A stretch of DNA of 64,000 nt from Camelus ferus (lineage: Eukaryota): NCBI RefSeq assembly GCF_009834535.1, contig NC_045710.1, forward strand, positions 54,932,001-54,996,000, written 5' to 3'. A model generated the notes under the pieces. The model was not told where the DNA came from. It saw only the letters and a list, made by a program, of their open reading frames with translations, and made no database searches. The translations under genes and the position numbers were made by a program. Shown here piece by piece: positions 1-17,600 of the stretch (within the stretch, counting starts at the first letter, position 1; each line of letters begins with the position of its first letter).

Positions 1-1119
1 TCACCTGTTGTACACGGAGGGCAAACTCCTCATTCCCTTCCCCCAGCTGGCGATGAACAGGACGGAGCCACCTGCAAAAACAATCCAGGACCATGTTGGG
101 GGTACCCTCTCTCCACTCTGATACCTCTTTTCTTGGAACAGTTGTGGTGACAGTGGGGAGATACTAAATACTTCATATTGCCTCTGTGGTGGGAACTTGA
201 CATTAAAAGATCTGCAAATGGACAGGGCAGAGACAGCTACTTCCTTGACCTTGAGGTGAGTTTCTCCCAGCCACCAAAAAGTGAGGACAGTTAATACCTT
301 ACGTGATACATCGTGAAAGGGACGAAAAGTGACCACAGCAGTTCTGAGACCCAGGAGGCATCTGACACCGTCTGAAGGGAGGGCATGAGTGAGGTCTAAG
401 TCAGGGCCAGGACTGGGAAATGTCCCCTCCAAGCCCAGAGATTCTCTGTCCAGCACACACTCACCACAGAGACTAGGGGTCTCTGGACTCGCAGGGTAAG
501 AGGCTGTACCACATCCTGGATAGAAAATGGCCAGGAACTAGAAAGGGGAAGAGAGAGTATGGGATTTCAGCCAGCCTAGTCAGCAGCTCATACCTGACTT
601 TAAACAGAACACTGTCAAACTGGACCGTAGAAAAGTGGGGAATATAGGGATTCAAGGAAAAGAACTAAAAAGGTCATGAGCTAGGAATGGAAGGAGCAGG
701 GTGGAAAAAGGCTGTGAAAACCCAAGGGCCCCCAAGCCTGACCACCTACCCAGTTTGGAGACAGATACCTGTGCTCACCCACCTGAAGCGCAGGAGCCCC
801 TCCCGGCCATTGGTGGCCTCTTCTTCGGGGAACAGCAGCAGNNNNNNNNNNNNNNNNNNNNNNNNNNNNNNNNNNNNNNNNNNNNNNNNNNNNNNNNNNN
901 NNNNNNNNNNNNNNNNNNNNNNNNNNNNNNNNNNNNNNNNNNNNNNNNNNNNNNNNNNNNNNNNNNNNNNNNNNNNNNNNNGAGAGAAAGAAGAAAAGAA
1001 TGTTGTGAAGGGAGAAAAATTGACATATGTTGTAGAAAGGCGGGGTCTGGGGTAAGGGTCGGTATCTTGAGTCCCCAGAGGAAACCTGGACGTGGAGAAG
1101 GGAGCCTTGAGCTGTGCCC

Positions 1120-5002
<3,883 letters not shown>

Positions 5003-5177
5003 ATGGATCAGCAAGAGTAGGAGGCTTCTTTCTGCTCTGATTTCCACCTGGCTTTCCTGGCTTAGGCTCTGAGGGCACCTGGACAGAGGATTAAATGAAC
5101 CAGTTGGAGGCAGGTCCCTCCAACCACCAGCACCAATGCCTGAGCTCTAACGAATCACAAAAACACTTTTTATATAA

Positions 5178-5183
5178 AATAAA
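5178..5183 (+). terminator. Probable HTRA2 polyadenylation signal (AATAAA)
   Basis: First AATAAA I found after the HTRA2 stop, in an AT-rich patch about 175 nt downstream. Confidence 0.7.
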
Positions 5184-5635
5184 ATTATACCTAGCAACAT
5201 GTTATACTCAAAAACGAGGGGGAGGGTAGCACACTGCTCTGTCCCCCCACAAAAAGGTTAGAGGTAAAGCTGTATCTCCTTGAACTGAGGGGAGATACTG
5301 GAGTTGACCATCCTGACCTCCCTCTTGAAGAAAACGAGCTGCTGGCTGTCTTTTGTTCTGGGCAGTTAATCAGATGCTCCTCTTTGTGGCTGTACTTGGC
5401 TTGGTGCTGGGCCTGGGAGCAAAAATGCCCCCTGTGTGGCCATAGATCCGGACAGCTGGCCTAAGGAGGGTGATCACTTCTGCGTGACAGTTCCACACCC
5501 ACAGCACACACTGGATGAGTGCCGTGGGCCTGCTGACGTCAGGGATTCTTCCTTGGTAAGCTCCTGAGGTAATGGCAGCCTCAGACCCCTGCCATTGGGG
5601 GCCAGTGGTGGTGTGCAGAGGAGGGTGGTGGCACC

Positions 5636-8600
5636 TTAGATGATCTGGTTGCTGGTCTGGCCAGGGTAGCGTTCAAACCTCTGGTTGGCCTCTTCACTGA
5701 AGGCATCACCTGCAAGGTGAATGGGTGGTTTGGGCAGGAAAACAGACCCACTGTGGGGAAGGGCAGGTAGAAGTGGAGAGACTGGGAGATCCAGAGGAAC
5801 AACTTAGGGAGCAGAGAATTCATTCTTCTCCCTCCCATCCCCCAGTCTTTCTGGCTACTCTTCCCACCAAATACCAATGTGACAGTTGTGCACCCAGATG
5901 CGATGTCCATCATATTTGCAGTTACATTTCATTGCGTTGTTGGTGAAGTCACTCTCTGCCACTTCAAAGTTAGGGTTGATGACCACCTGTGAGTGGAAGG
6001 AAGTCAGCCAGCTGCAGCCTTCAAATCAGATCAAAGGTGCTTTAATAAAAGCTCCTCCCACTTGACAGCTGGAAATCTCAGATCCCAGGCACCTGTAGAA
6101 TGTAGTTTCCTGGCTTCACATCTGTGATGTCAATCCACTGACAGTCAATGTCATGCCGGTAGAGATCCCAGCAACCCACGGTGATGCCCTGCTCTCCAAA
6201 GTTGGCACACTCATACCTCTTGGAGACATCTGAAGAGATCAGCATATGTCAGTGTGAGGCAAGTCTGCGGGATGGGGATACTGTCATCTAAGCCCCAACT
6301 CACCCTCCTGACACTCTGTGTCTTCTAGACAGAAACTAGCTTTGTGGCCCTCAGCCACCTTGGTGCCGTTGGGGGTCAGGATATCGTAGTGAGTGAAGAT
6401 GTCCATGCTGTGGTAATGCCTGTGGGGATAAAGGAACCTGTTTCCTTCCCTGCCCCCAGCAAGCCTGCCCTATCCCCGGTGGCCTTGCCCTTCTACTTGC
6501 CCCTCTCACCCATGACACTCATGCCACACCCAGGAGTGGCGCCCCGCCTTGGGCCTGAAGTCAGCACGTCCCAGGTTGTGGATCTGGGAGGAGAATCTGA
6601 GCAGACGCCGGTGGCCATAAGGCCAGTTGGCTGAGCGGGCCGAGCTGGCCAGGCAGTTCTCCTCGGCAGCGCAGTACAGCATGTGCAGGGGCCGGTCCTC
6701 GATGTAGGCCGTCTCCTGCACCAGTGCTGAGTGCAGCAGCAGGTCTGACGCGGCTGCGCCCCAGAAAGAACAGAGAGTGTTAGTTACAGCTGAGGGGCGG
6801 GGCCAGACAGGACCGCTGCCACCCACCTTCCACAGAGTTCTGGTTTTCATACCCCTGCAGATGATAGCCCTCTTTCCCTGCAAAAGGGTGGCCCAGAGCC
6901 TCCCTTCCCAGGCTTGCATCACCCTACCCTTCACTCACTCTCAGAACAAATGACTCCAGCAGTGAAGCGGGTTCCTGTCCTCTTGCAGGTGACATGGGTG
7001 CCATGATGAGCACACTGGTCCAGGGACAGTTCAGTCCCTGCACAGCGCACTCCACTCATCACCACCTCTGTTACATTCCCTGAGTCCCAGTACCAGGTCT
7101 CCTGGGGACATACCAAGGTATTTCTGTGAGGTCCCCCCATTAGCCTCCCGGACCAAGGGACTCATTTCCACAGTCATCTGCCCCAAACAGCCCTGGGAGG
7201 CAAGGGCCTTGGTTCCCCTCTCCTTCGCACTCACCTGCAGGCCATGGCTGGCATANNNNNNNNNNNNNNNNNNNNNNNNNNNNNNNNNNNNNNNNNNNNN
7301 NNNNNNNNNNNNNNNNNNNNNNNNNNNNNNNNNNNNNNNNNNNNNNNNNNNNNNNNNNNNNNNNNNNNNNNNNNNNNNNNNNNNNNNNNNNNNNNNNNNN
7401 NNNNNNNNNNNNNNNNNNNNNNNNNNNGGGAAGCTTTTGGGGTGGAGTGGAGGGAGCCTGCAGCAGACCTGGGCTGAACAGCGAGCCAGAGGCACTTAAA
7501 GGGCCAGCAAGTGGTGGCATCAGGTGAGAGCTGCTGGATAGTGGGGCAGTGGGCAGCAGGGCCGTCAGACTGGTGGATCATGACCAAGACTGGATAGGAC
7601 GTGAAACACCTGAACCAAGGTGCAAAGAGGGACTGACCTTGGTCTCTACCCCAGTGTAGGGCAGGTTACATCGGACTCCAGCATCCCGGCTATGGGAACA
7701 GTCCTCAGCTGTGATGTTCTTGTGGGGGCAGTTCCAGAGGGAGGGTTCCTGTCCAGAGCATCGAACTTCACTCAAGTGGATGGCACCCATGCCTAAGGTT
7801 ACAGGTCAAAGATCAGGAGGTTGTAGCTAGACCTTCGTTGTCTGCCCAGGGGTCTCCTTCCCAAGGAATGTACCCACCAGAAGTGTATACCTCCTCCTTC
7901 CCCCTCCCACCTGCACCCCTTACCCTGCCCCATGCGGGCACCACTCAGAGCCTCTCGGGCGCTCCCGAAGCCCAGCTCCCGACACACCACGCTGGCTGCC
8001 TGCAGGTCCCACTTGCGGTCACAGACTGTACCCCACGTGCCAGCCTTCAGGACTTCTACCCGGCCCTCTCCTGGGTGGGCTCCGCCCTTTAGACGCACTC
8101 GGGCCTGTAGAGGAGAGAGAGGTACCCACCAGCCGTGAATGGGGACCTCAGCACAGAGAGGGCTAACAGACCTGGGAGATAAATGAGATTCTGCTGGGAG
8201 GGAGGGGGCAGTCTCAGGTCTGTGGCCCACCCCCTGGAAGGTTCCTCTCTGTCCTCAAAGGTCAGGGCTGTGCTTAGACAGGGTGTGGCCAGGCTAGGGG
8301 GTTCTCCACCTGGGATGGGGAAGGTCAGAGTCACTGTCTCACACACCTCCCCCTGAGGCTTCGACTGTTGCTTCTTCTGGCCACTGGATGCTGCTGCATA
8401 GAGAGGGCTTGGCACACAGCTCACCACCGCAGGGGACCCCCCGGGGCACCTGGCGGTGTCATTGGCACGGTAGAACTCCAAGGAGCAGAGGGAGAGGTGG
8501 GCTTCCGTGCCCACGCAGTCCACCCCATGCAGACCAAAGGAGTGTTGCTGCCGCTGGGCCAGCAGCCTGGGGGGACAGGAGTAGGGTGCAGTACGGTAAA

Positions 8601-11600
8601 ACAATGCTCCTGCCTCTTCGCCCACATCCCTCCTCCCACTCCATCGCCTCCACCACCCCCTGACCCTTCGTGGCCACATTGGCCCCTCTTCCCCTCTTCT
8701 CTGCAAAGAGACAAAGGTAACAGTGAGTAGTTCCAGGCTGAAAGAGCCTAGGTTAACCGGGCAGCAGGGATGGGGGCGGGTGGGATTCGCTGGGGCCCTT
8801 GTGCAGCAGAAGGACCCTATGGGTCTTGACTGGCCAGACAAAACCTTGTCCCACATGGTTTCAGGATGCTGGCCCTAATGGAGGCTGAGGCTGCTGTGTA
8901 AAAAGAAAAGGAAGCCAGGGCTGCCCAGCTGGAGGAGACAGGCGGGAAGGAGCAGCTGACACAAATAGGAAGCCTAAGTAGCCAGAGCGAGCAGATCCTT
9001 CTGTTACACTGAGACTGAAATGACTGAATGAGTCCGGATGCAAAGGAGTAAGTCTGGGTCTACGTGGCTTCTTAGAGGCCAGAGGATGCTGGGCAGTTAT
9101 GCGAAGAACAGACCGGGTGGTGGACACAGGAAAGTCTGGAGATGGCATATGGAGGAATGAAAATGTATAAATGCAAGACAGCCAAAAGTTACAGGGCCCA
9201 CATGACCAGAGAAGGAGAGCGAATATGAACACAGAAGGGTAGACGTAGCCCCAGACCTGAGCTGAACTGTATGCATCTTTAATGAAGTAGTCCACGCTTC
9301 TGCAACTCAAACGTAACAGAGAGAATGTTCTGTAGCCATGGAGCAGGAAAACGGGACTAAACTAGAGGTTTTAAGACCTGGAAACACTGCAGAGAGACGC
9401 TAGGAAGAACGAGGGGACTTGTTTATCGACACCAACAGAATGAGATATTGCAGTGAAGCCTGGCATGAGAGAAGTACTTTCTTCCCAGAACAGCTGGGAA
9501 GGAACCAGAGGAGGCCTGGTGTTGGCAGAGTTGGCCTGGGAGGCTGGTTTGGTGGTGAGCTATTGCAGTAAAGTGCTCCACGACTTAATGTCAGAGGAAG
9601 GAGGGAATATGACGATTTGAAGTCATTGGCTGGTAAGACACAGAGAGATGGAAAGGTTATCAACAAAACAGACAAAGGAAGCCTGGAGACTTTACAGAAT
9701 ACCTTTAGAAGCTCACAATAAGTGGATTCTGAAGCTCAAAGAGCCCAGGTTGTGTCTCCCAAAGCCCTGTCTGGCTGAAAATAAAATCAAAGAGGCCATG
9801 CTAGGAAAAAGGCATCTGTCTTCTAAACTCCCTCCTCTCCTTCCCTGCAACTAACAAAGCCCTTCCCCCCAACTAACAAAGTAGAAACGACACTGTGCAC
9901 TTTAGTGTAGGGGTTAGGGAAGGCCAGAGTATGGCCACGTTGGACAAGATGATCTTAGGCTAAAAGGGCAGGACAAGAATACCCCCAAATTCCAAGTCCC
10001 TTTGAAGCCATAGAAGGAGGAGCTGGGGAATGAGGGGTACTGGGGGACCACTGAGTGATCCTGGGATGCTCTGCAGGGAGGAGGAGACAAGAGAAAGGGA
10101 TGGGTTCTCTACATCTCAGCCACGGCTGAAGAAGCTATCAGGGAGATTTTCATGTTCAAACTGCCTTTGGAAGCCAAGTGAGACATAATCACTGGGACTG
10201 GAAGCTTTCCACTCCCTGGGGTTCTGAAGTCACCCAGGAGGAAAATTATGGAACTGGGAGCCTCATTGTGGAAACTGGGCCAGAGAGACAGGCTGTCATC
10301 TGACTCCATCCGTGGTAAAGTTTCCAGAGGGGATCCCGAGTCTTACTTCCAAGTCGGTAGCACTTATTTAAAAAAAAATTAATCAAACAAATGTAGGAAG
10401 GGAACACTGGTCCCTTAGGCAAACGTGACTTCTTAGGGGAGAGGCAAGCATGGCATGTGAAAGACCAAAGGGCCAGAGTATCTGCTAAAATCCATGCGGG
10501 AAAGATAAATAAGCACGTGCAACAAGGGCAGTCAGTGGATGAGCTTCTGTTGAGATTTAAAAAAATCCCGTGACAAGCTTAACTCCTCAGAGAATGACCT
10601 AAGGGCCAGCTTTACTTTACATCTCAGGGAACCATCTGGAAGGTGGCTTGTAATCCTTCCTGCTGCTCCCCCGCCTCTTGGCAGAGGCCTCTCTGGACCC
10701 CTTCCTCACCACAGCCCGATGCCCCCGACTCACCACGTGGCACCCCTCTCCTCTCCACCCAGCCTGAACTTTGTTTACCTCTTGACTGGCCCCCTGCCCA
10801 CTCGGGGTTTGGGTTTGACTTTAAGCTTGGTGACTTGTCTGAAAAAAGGAGAAAGAAGTTAGTGGAGGCAGCAGTCAGTTACACTACCCAGGAAAGGTAG
10901 AGGGTTCTTTCTTTCTTTTTCTCCGTTTCTAGGAAGGCCCCTTCATGCAGAGCATGGGAAGCGGTAAAGCGAAGGCGGTCAGGGTGTCCGCAGACATTGA
11001 GGCTGCATACCACTTCAGTGTATTTTGGGAACTTGTGCCGCTCTCTGGATTTAGCAACAGTGATGAGAAGTCTAGTATGTCAATCCAGGTGATGAGGGGA
11101 AAGGAGATAGAGAAATAGTAGAGGGAGGAGAGAGAGTGGGAACGTAGGTGAATCAAGGGAGGTCAGGAGTAGGCGGGCGAAGGAGGAAGCACGCAGGTGG
11201 CTGAGGCTGGAGTCCAAGCCATCTGGGGGAAGTATAAAGATGCAGGGGCTCCTCCTCAGACATTCCGACATTATTTCCTCCTTGCGCTTCCCAAGATCAA
11301 AGCTTACCCATCCCCATGCCTGCCTCCCCTCCCCTCCCCGCTGGAATGGCCATTTCCCAGTCGTAGCCCTAATTCATCGGCTTGGGTTCTGGGATGGACA
11401 TGGATAGGCTGCCTTCCATCCATCCATCCACCTCCTGGGGCCACCGTGGTGAGCAGGAGGTCCCGGGGCTCTTGCCCCATTACCTTCCAAGGGGCTTGGA
11501 GCGTCTGGCCGAGGCTTTGGCCGCTCGCTTCCTCAACTTTCTGTGAGGATAAGACAATAGCAGAGACAGGGTCAGTCTAGAACCAAGTGGAAGGAACTGG

Positions 11601-14600
11601 TGCCACTGGGACCAGGGGCAAGATTTCTTTTCAAACGGTCAGAAGGGTTCCTTGTGGCAGGATAACACGAGATCCACCCAAGGCTCCACCCTGCACAGCT
11701 GTTTGGCCTTATAAGCACACAGCCAGCCGGGTGAGCAGCAGTGAAGAACGTGGCCTCAGACCGATAAAGACCCTGTATCAGGACCCACAGAAATCAGGCC
11801 AAGGCAGATGGGGAATAAGGGCTCGTGGTGTGATATCAGGGCTGATCTAAACCCAAGGGGAGGGCAGGGGGAAGGGCGTAGCAGAAGGGTGTTGGGATCA
11901 CCAGACTGACCAGGCGAGGAAAGAGAACTGGCCTGGTAACGCCCAGGCAGGCTGACTGTGTCTTTTTCTCTTGGATGTTCTCCGGCTTCTGGCATGTCCA
12001 GGCCTGGGGCCAGGGAACCAAGACCAAGGGACGCTAACTTGGCCTGGCTGGGGAGCATGAGGCCAGCCTGCTCAGGATGACAGCACCCTTCTTGCCTAAG
12101 TTAAACCCCATATGCTTTAGTCATTCTAAGCTGAGCTCATCTCCCCAACTTACTTTCCGGGGAAATAAATTCTAAGCCTTATTTATTTTTAATTGGCCTT
12201 AATATTTGACTTATTTTATTCCTCAAGAGGTTGCCTTAAGTCTAATGTATGGAACCTGGGTCTGTTTCTCCTCTCATTCTCCCTTTGATTTCATATTTTT
12301 TTTATTTTTAAAAATATTTTATGTATGTATTATTGCATTATTAACTTTTTTTGGTGGGGGAGGGGAGGTAATTAGGTTTATTTATTTTTGGAGGAGGGAC
12401 TGGGGATTGAACCCAGGACCTTGTGCATGCTAAACATGCGCTCTACCACTTGAGCTACACCCTCCCCCTCCCTTTGATTTCAAAGGCTTCAATTTTGCTC
12501 CCTAGTTTCCCTGTTCAACTATGTATGGATGAATGCAGGTCTTGCCTGTCTGTCCTCATAAACTTAGGGAATTCCTTGTTATTCTCTGAGTTATCCTTTC
12601 TTTGAACACTTCCCTGCTCTGCTGTTTCTCTTGAAGAGTCACCTTTGGACTGAGTATACTACATGCAGATGTGCTAGGATTTTAACATATAGACTTTAAA
12701 CAGGGCTGAAGCTGCTTGGCATTTCCCGCCCTGGCTTCTTCCTGACGATGTGCTTAGTTGGTTTTTCGCAAAAACATTCAATATGCCAGCATTCCCAGTA
12801 AAGAGTCTACATAGCTCTCAGGTCCCTTTCCTGAGGCACTACTGAGACTTTAGACCCTCTCACCATAAGCATAGTGTGAAACTTTTTCTCCAAACGTCTT
12901 TTTCTCGAACATGTCTAAAATGAAATATACTTGGAACTTTCTTCCACCAGTAACCCAGAGAGGTCATCTTGATCTGCAGAGTAGTACTCAGAAAAGTGCA
13001 GTGTGATCTCAAAACTTAGAAGTGGTACTCCTCTAGTTATTTAAGGATCTTATAATGTCTTTATATTATGTATTATATGGTATGTATAATTATATATATA
13101 TTATAAGGTATAATATAGGTTATATTAAGGACCTGGTACTTACCTAGGACCAGTACTTATGTTTGTCTTGACTCACATTTCTTCATTCACAGATGTGTTT
13201 GTTTTCCCTATCATTTATTCCTTCAACTATCAAACATAAAAACCTGCCTACATCTCCACATTTTCTTCTCCAAGGCCACAGCCCCCAAACACTTCTGAAT
13301 TCCTTCCGCTATGATCCTTTCTCTCCTCAATCGAGAAGTCGCACATAACCCCTCCTACTCAACTGAATACTTTTAAACAAGTTCAAATCTCCCTCTCTCT
13401 TTTGCACACACAATATATCTTTCTTCCTCTTCATAGAGAAACTTTTCAGTGGCTGTCTACACTCATCATTTCAATACCTTCTCTCCCCACTCATTCCTTA
13501 ACCCTCTCCTTTCTGGTTTTCCCCACCCTTCACTCTGCAACAATACATCAGATAGGCACTTTTTTAGTCTTCATTCTATTGATTCTTTTTTTTTTTTCTT
13601 TTTTTCCGCAGAGGGGAGATAATTAGGTTTATTTATTTATTTGGTTTTTCAATGGAAGTACTGGGGATTGAACCCAGGACCTCGTGCACGCTAAGCATGT
13701 GCTCTACCACTTGACCTGTACCCTCCCCACCTCATCCTATTGATTCTTGGTGGCATCTGACACTCTTGTTCTCTCTCTCTCCCTCCTGGGCTGTCACAAC
13801 CCTACTAGCCTGGTTTGATTTCTAATTCTGGTTGTTCTTTCTTGGTTTTCTTTGCAGGCTCCTCCACTGTCTAGTCATTTAAATTTTGGGACCTCTGTCT
13901 AAGGCGTTCTTCTCTTCTCATTGCATATCCTGTCTATATGTTTTCATTCACAACTAACCTTGTATATTCCATTGCTTCTTGATGTTTCTACTTAGATATC
14001 TTAAAGTTATCTAAACTGTAATGTGGATCCAAAAAAAAAAAAAAACCTCATAATTCTTTCAGCAAAATCTACTCTAGAAACCAAGGAGTCAACCTTGACA
14101 CTTCTCTCTTCTTTGGCTCCCAAAGTCAATCCATAACCAAGTCCTGTCAGTGTTACTTCCTAAATGTCTCTCTAATCCATTCACTCTTGCTCTCCTTTAA
14201 ACCATTATCAGAAATGCAGACAAAGTGATCTCTTGGAGCTACAAGCCTGGTCATGTCCTCTCATAAAAACACCTAAATGATTTCCAATTTCTTGTATCAT
14301 AAAGATCTAGATCCTTACCATAGCCTATAAGGTCTTCTATGATCTGGTGCCTAGTTACCTCTCTTATCACCTCTGTATTCTCAGCACCTTGCACAGTGCT
14401 TGGCAAATAGTGAGTTCGATAAGTATCTGTCAAACGGAAATGGACTAGAAGAGTGACGTCTTAAACAGCCCTTAAGCTCCTCAAACCCCAATTTCTTTGC
14501 CAGCAAAAGGGCAGTAAATGGTTCAATTATCTACACATTCTTTTCCTCTTGTAAAATTCTACAACTTTCACATATTCTAGGGTGGAACTACCAATCCAAG

Positions 14601-17600
14601 TTTAAAAATGGTAAATATATCATATTCCGATTTCCTTATTCCCCAAATCCTATCGACTTCTCTAAAAGCTAGCACATGCGTCTTCTTTCTCTAAGGCATA
14701 TGGAGCTGTTTTTAACGATCCTGCCTAGCCTTTATCACTGTATTAGCTGTGAGGATTCTCCCTGTCTGACCTGACCTGTGAAAGAGTCTCTATGTCATTC
14801 CTCATCACAGAATCTCCCAGGACTCCTGTAATCTCCTTCCCACTAAGAACGACCTGTGGATTTAGTTTATCCCCTTCTCCAGCCTTCATATCCCAGACTC
14901 AGTAGGAGATTCCAGTATGTACAGAAATGTTCCTGATTCCTGAAAATTACTCAAAGCTGTGCATACTTAGGGACAATTCCTGGATCTCAGAATACCCAGG
15001 GATGGCCCAATTCTAAAGCTAATTCTTATGAACTTGAAGCCCAGAAATGCCTGATGGCACCATCCTCCCCTCTCCCTTCAGAATCATTTGAGTTATCGCT
15101 TCTCTTATTTCCTATATTCCATCAGTCATCCTGCATCTCTTCATTTCCCTCTCTCCTTGTTGTCACCCTCCTAATCGGCTTCATTTTGATAATTCCTAAG
15201 TAGTCTCACTGCATCTAGCACCTCTTCTAATTCACTACCATCAGGAAGACTTTAGAAAACGCTGGCCTTATTTTATCACTGTCCCATACAAATATTTTGA
15301 TTTTTTAAATTTTCCACAAAATAAAGGTAAAACTCTCCAATCTGGCATTAAAATTGTCCCATTTTGTAGCCTTACTTTATCCATTCAGATCTTCCATTAT
15401 TCCTCAGCACAAACCTACTCTAGTCGCCTGTCTTTCAAATACATCCATTTTCATCTCTGTCGGGGTCAAAAATGACTTCCATGTTGCTACATCCAGTGCT
15501 GGTTTCTCAGTACCTCATGTGTTTAGACCGATCAGCGGTGCTGACTCAGGTCAGCCCTCTCCTCCATGAAGCACTTTACTTGGCTTCCAGGCCGCCACAC
15601 TCTTCTTTCTACTTCACCTCACTGTTTGCATTTTGCCTTATCTTCCTGACCTCATAATATTTAAGCTCCCCAAGGTCCAGTGCCTGGACCTCTTTTTTCC
15701 TATTTACACTCACTCCGTTGGTGATGTTGTCCAGTTTCTGAGCTTTAAATACTTGTATTCAATTGAATTCTAGAGTCATATACCCAACTGCCTACTCAGC
15801 CTCACCATTTCAATGTTGTAAAGAGCCTCAAATTTAACCCCCACTCTCCCATCCCCACACAAAACATGCTCCACTCACTGTCTTCCTTATCTTTTTTATC
15901 TTATTATTATTTTTTTTTTTGGTGAGGGGAGGTAATTAGGTTTATTAATTTTTGGAATAGGTAGTAGGGATTGAACCCAGGACCTTGAGCATGCTAAGCA
16001 TGCAACCTACCACTTGAGCTACACCCTCCCCGCTCGCTGTCTTCCTTATCAAATGAAGCCACCTCTGTACCTAGCTCAGGCCCAAACCCTTGGAATGATC
16101 CTTAACTCCTCTTCTTCCATCACACCACACTGAATCCATCAGCAAGTCCTGCTGACGCTACCTTTAACTCTACCTTTGACACAGAATTGGATCATTTTTC
16201 ACCACTTTCACTGGTCACCATCACCTCTAACTTTCTTTACTTGGCCTTCAGGAGACAGTAACCTCCTCACTATCTCCCTGCCTCCTTGATTATATGGCAT
16301 CCCTTGAAGCTATTCTTAACAAACCAGCCCAAATAATACTTTAAAAAAGGGGAAGTCAGATGTCACACCTCTGCTCAAAACCTTATTTAGCACAGAGTGA
16401 AAAACCAGTCTCTCAAGTGGCCCTACAGGATCTGGCTCCCCATTCTTTTCCTGTCTCCTCCTACATCACATCTCCTGTCATTTTTTCCCTTATTCACTCA
16501 GCTCCAGCCCCAGTGGCCTCCTGGAGCATGATAAAAATCCTCCCTCCCCACCTCCCCACCCCACTGCCCTGATACACACACACACACACACACACACACC
16601 CCACACTCTTCAGGGGCTTCTCATTTCTGGTGCCTCTTCCTAGAAATGCTCCTCTAGGTTTTTGCAAAGCTTGTGCCCCTCACCTCCTTAAATCTTTTCT
16701 CAAATGATGCCTTCTCAAAGCAGCCTCCTCTGACCTATTTAAACCTGTGTAATGCTGGCCCCACTTCCCGTCCCCTTCCTGCTTTATTTCTGTCTATTAA
16801 ACTCTTTGCCATCTTTACATTTTGTGATTTTGAACTTATTTTGATTCTTCTCTAGTCCATGAGATCAGGGCTTTTCGTTTGCTTTGTTCATTGTTGAATC
16901 CCTAGTGTCTACAACAATCCCTGGCACACAGTAGGCACTCAGTAAATAAACAGAGAATAAGTGAATCTCCACACTTTTGTTCATGCTACCCTTTTCACTT
17001 GAAATGCCTTCTATTTAAATCGTACTCATCTTTCAGAACCTGGTGTCTGGATTAGAAAAGGTAAAGAACACAGACAGGGGAAGAAATATGGCCCCAAGAT
17101 AGATAACAGTAAAGGAACAGAGCACAGAGATATTTAAAAACCGTTTTAGTCTCTATACCAGATAAAGTATGTTCCTTGGGACTCAAAGAACTTTCACGTG
17201 TGTCTCAGAGATAAAGCAAGGAAAATGTAAGCAAGTATGGAGAAGACTGGAGGTTGGATAATATACTGACTTCGAAAAAGAAGGAAGAGGATTTCTCAAT
17301 CTACAGATAATTACTAATTCTAGAATAAGTTATTAAGTAGAAAGTTTGTGAGCATTGAAGGAAAAAAATATGGTGATCCTTAGAAATCTAAAGCATTTCA
17401 GTAAAAATTAGCTCAGTCATACCACCATGATTTCCTTTTTTGATAAGATTACTGAATTGGAAGGTGGCAGAATGGCTGTGAACATAGTGTAAATGGATTT
17501 TGGCAAAGACTAACAAAAGCTCCCATGATTTCTATACATAATTATAGATAAGATGGTGAAATGTGAAATGTTGGCTACCTCATTGTAGTGTTCAGTTTGT

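Larger units (their letters stand above)
15640..16965 (+). mobile_element. L2 LINE fragment (3' part)
   Basis: Ends in ctggcacacagtaggcactcagtaaataaa, the L2 3' terminus. Interrupted by a SINE and a CA repeat. Confidence 0.75.

Noticed and set aside
1-456. 151-aa minus-strand ORF
   Set aside because: It is a read-through of AUP1 introns 5-6 and exons, not a separate gene.
842-981. Apparent exon loss in AUP1, and similarly in LOXL3 and SEMA4F
   Set aside because: The missing parts coincide with N-runs of the right size, and the flanking exon ends and phases are intact.
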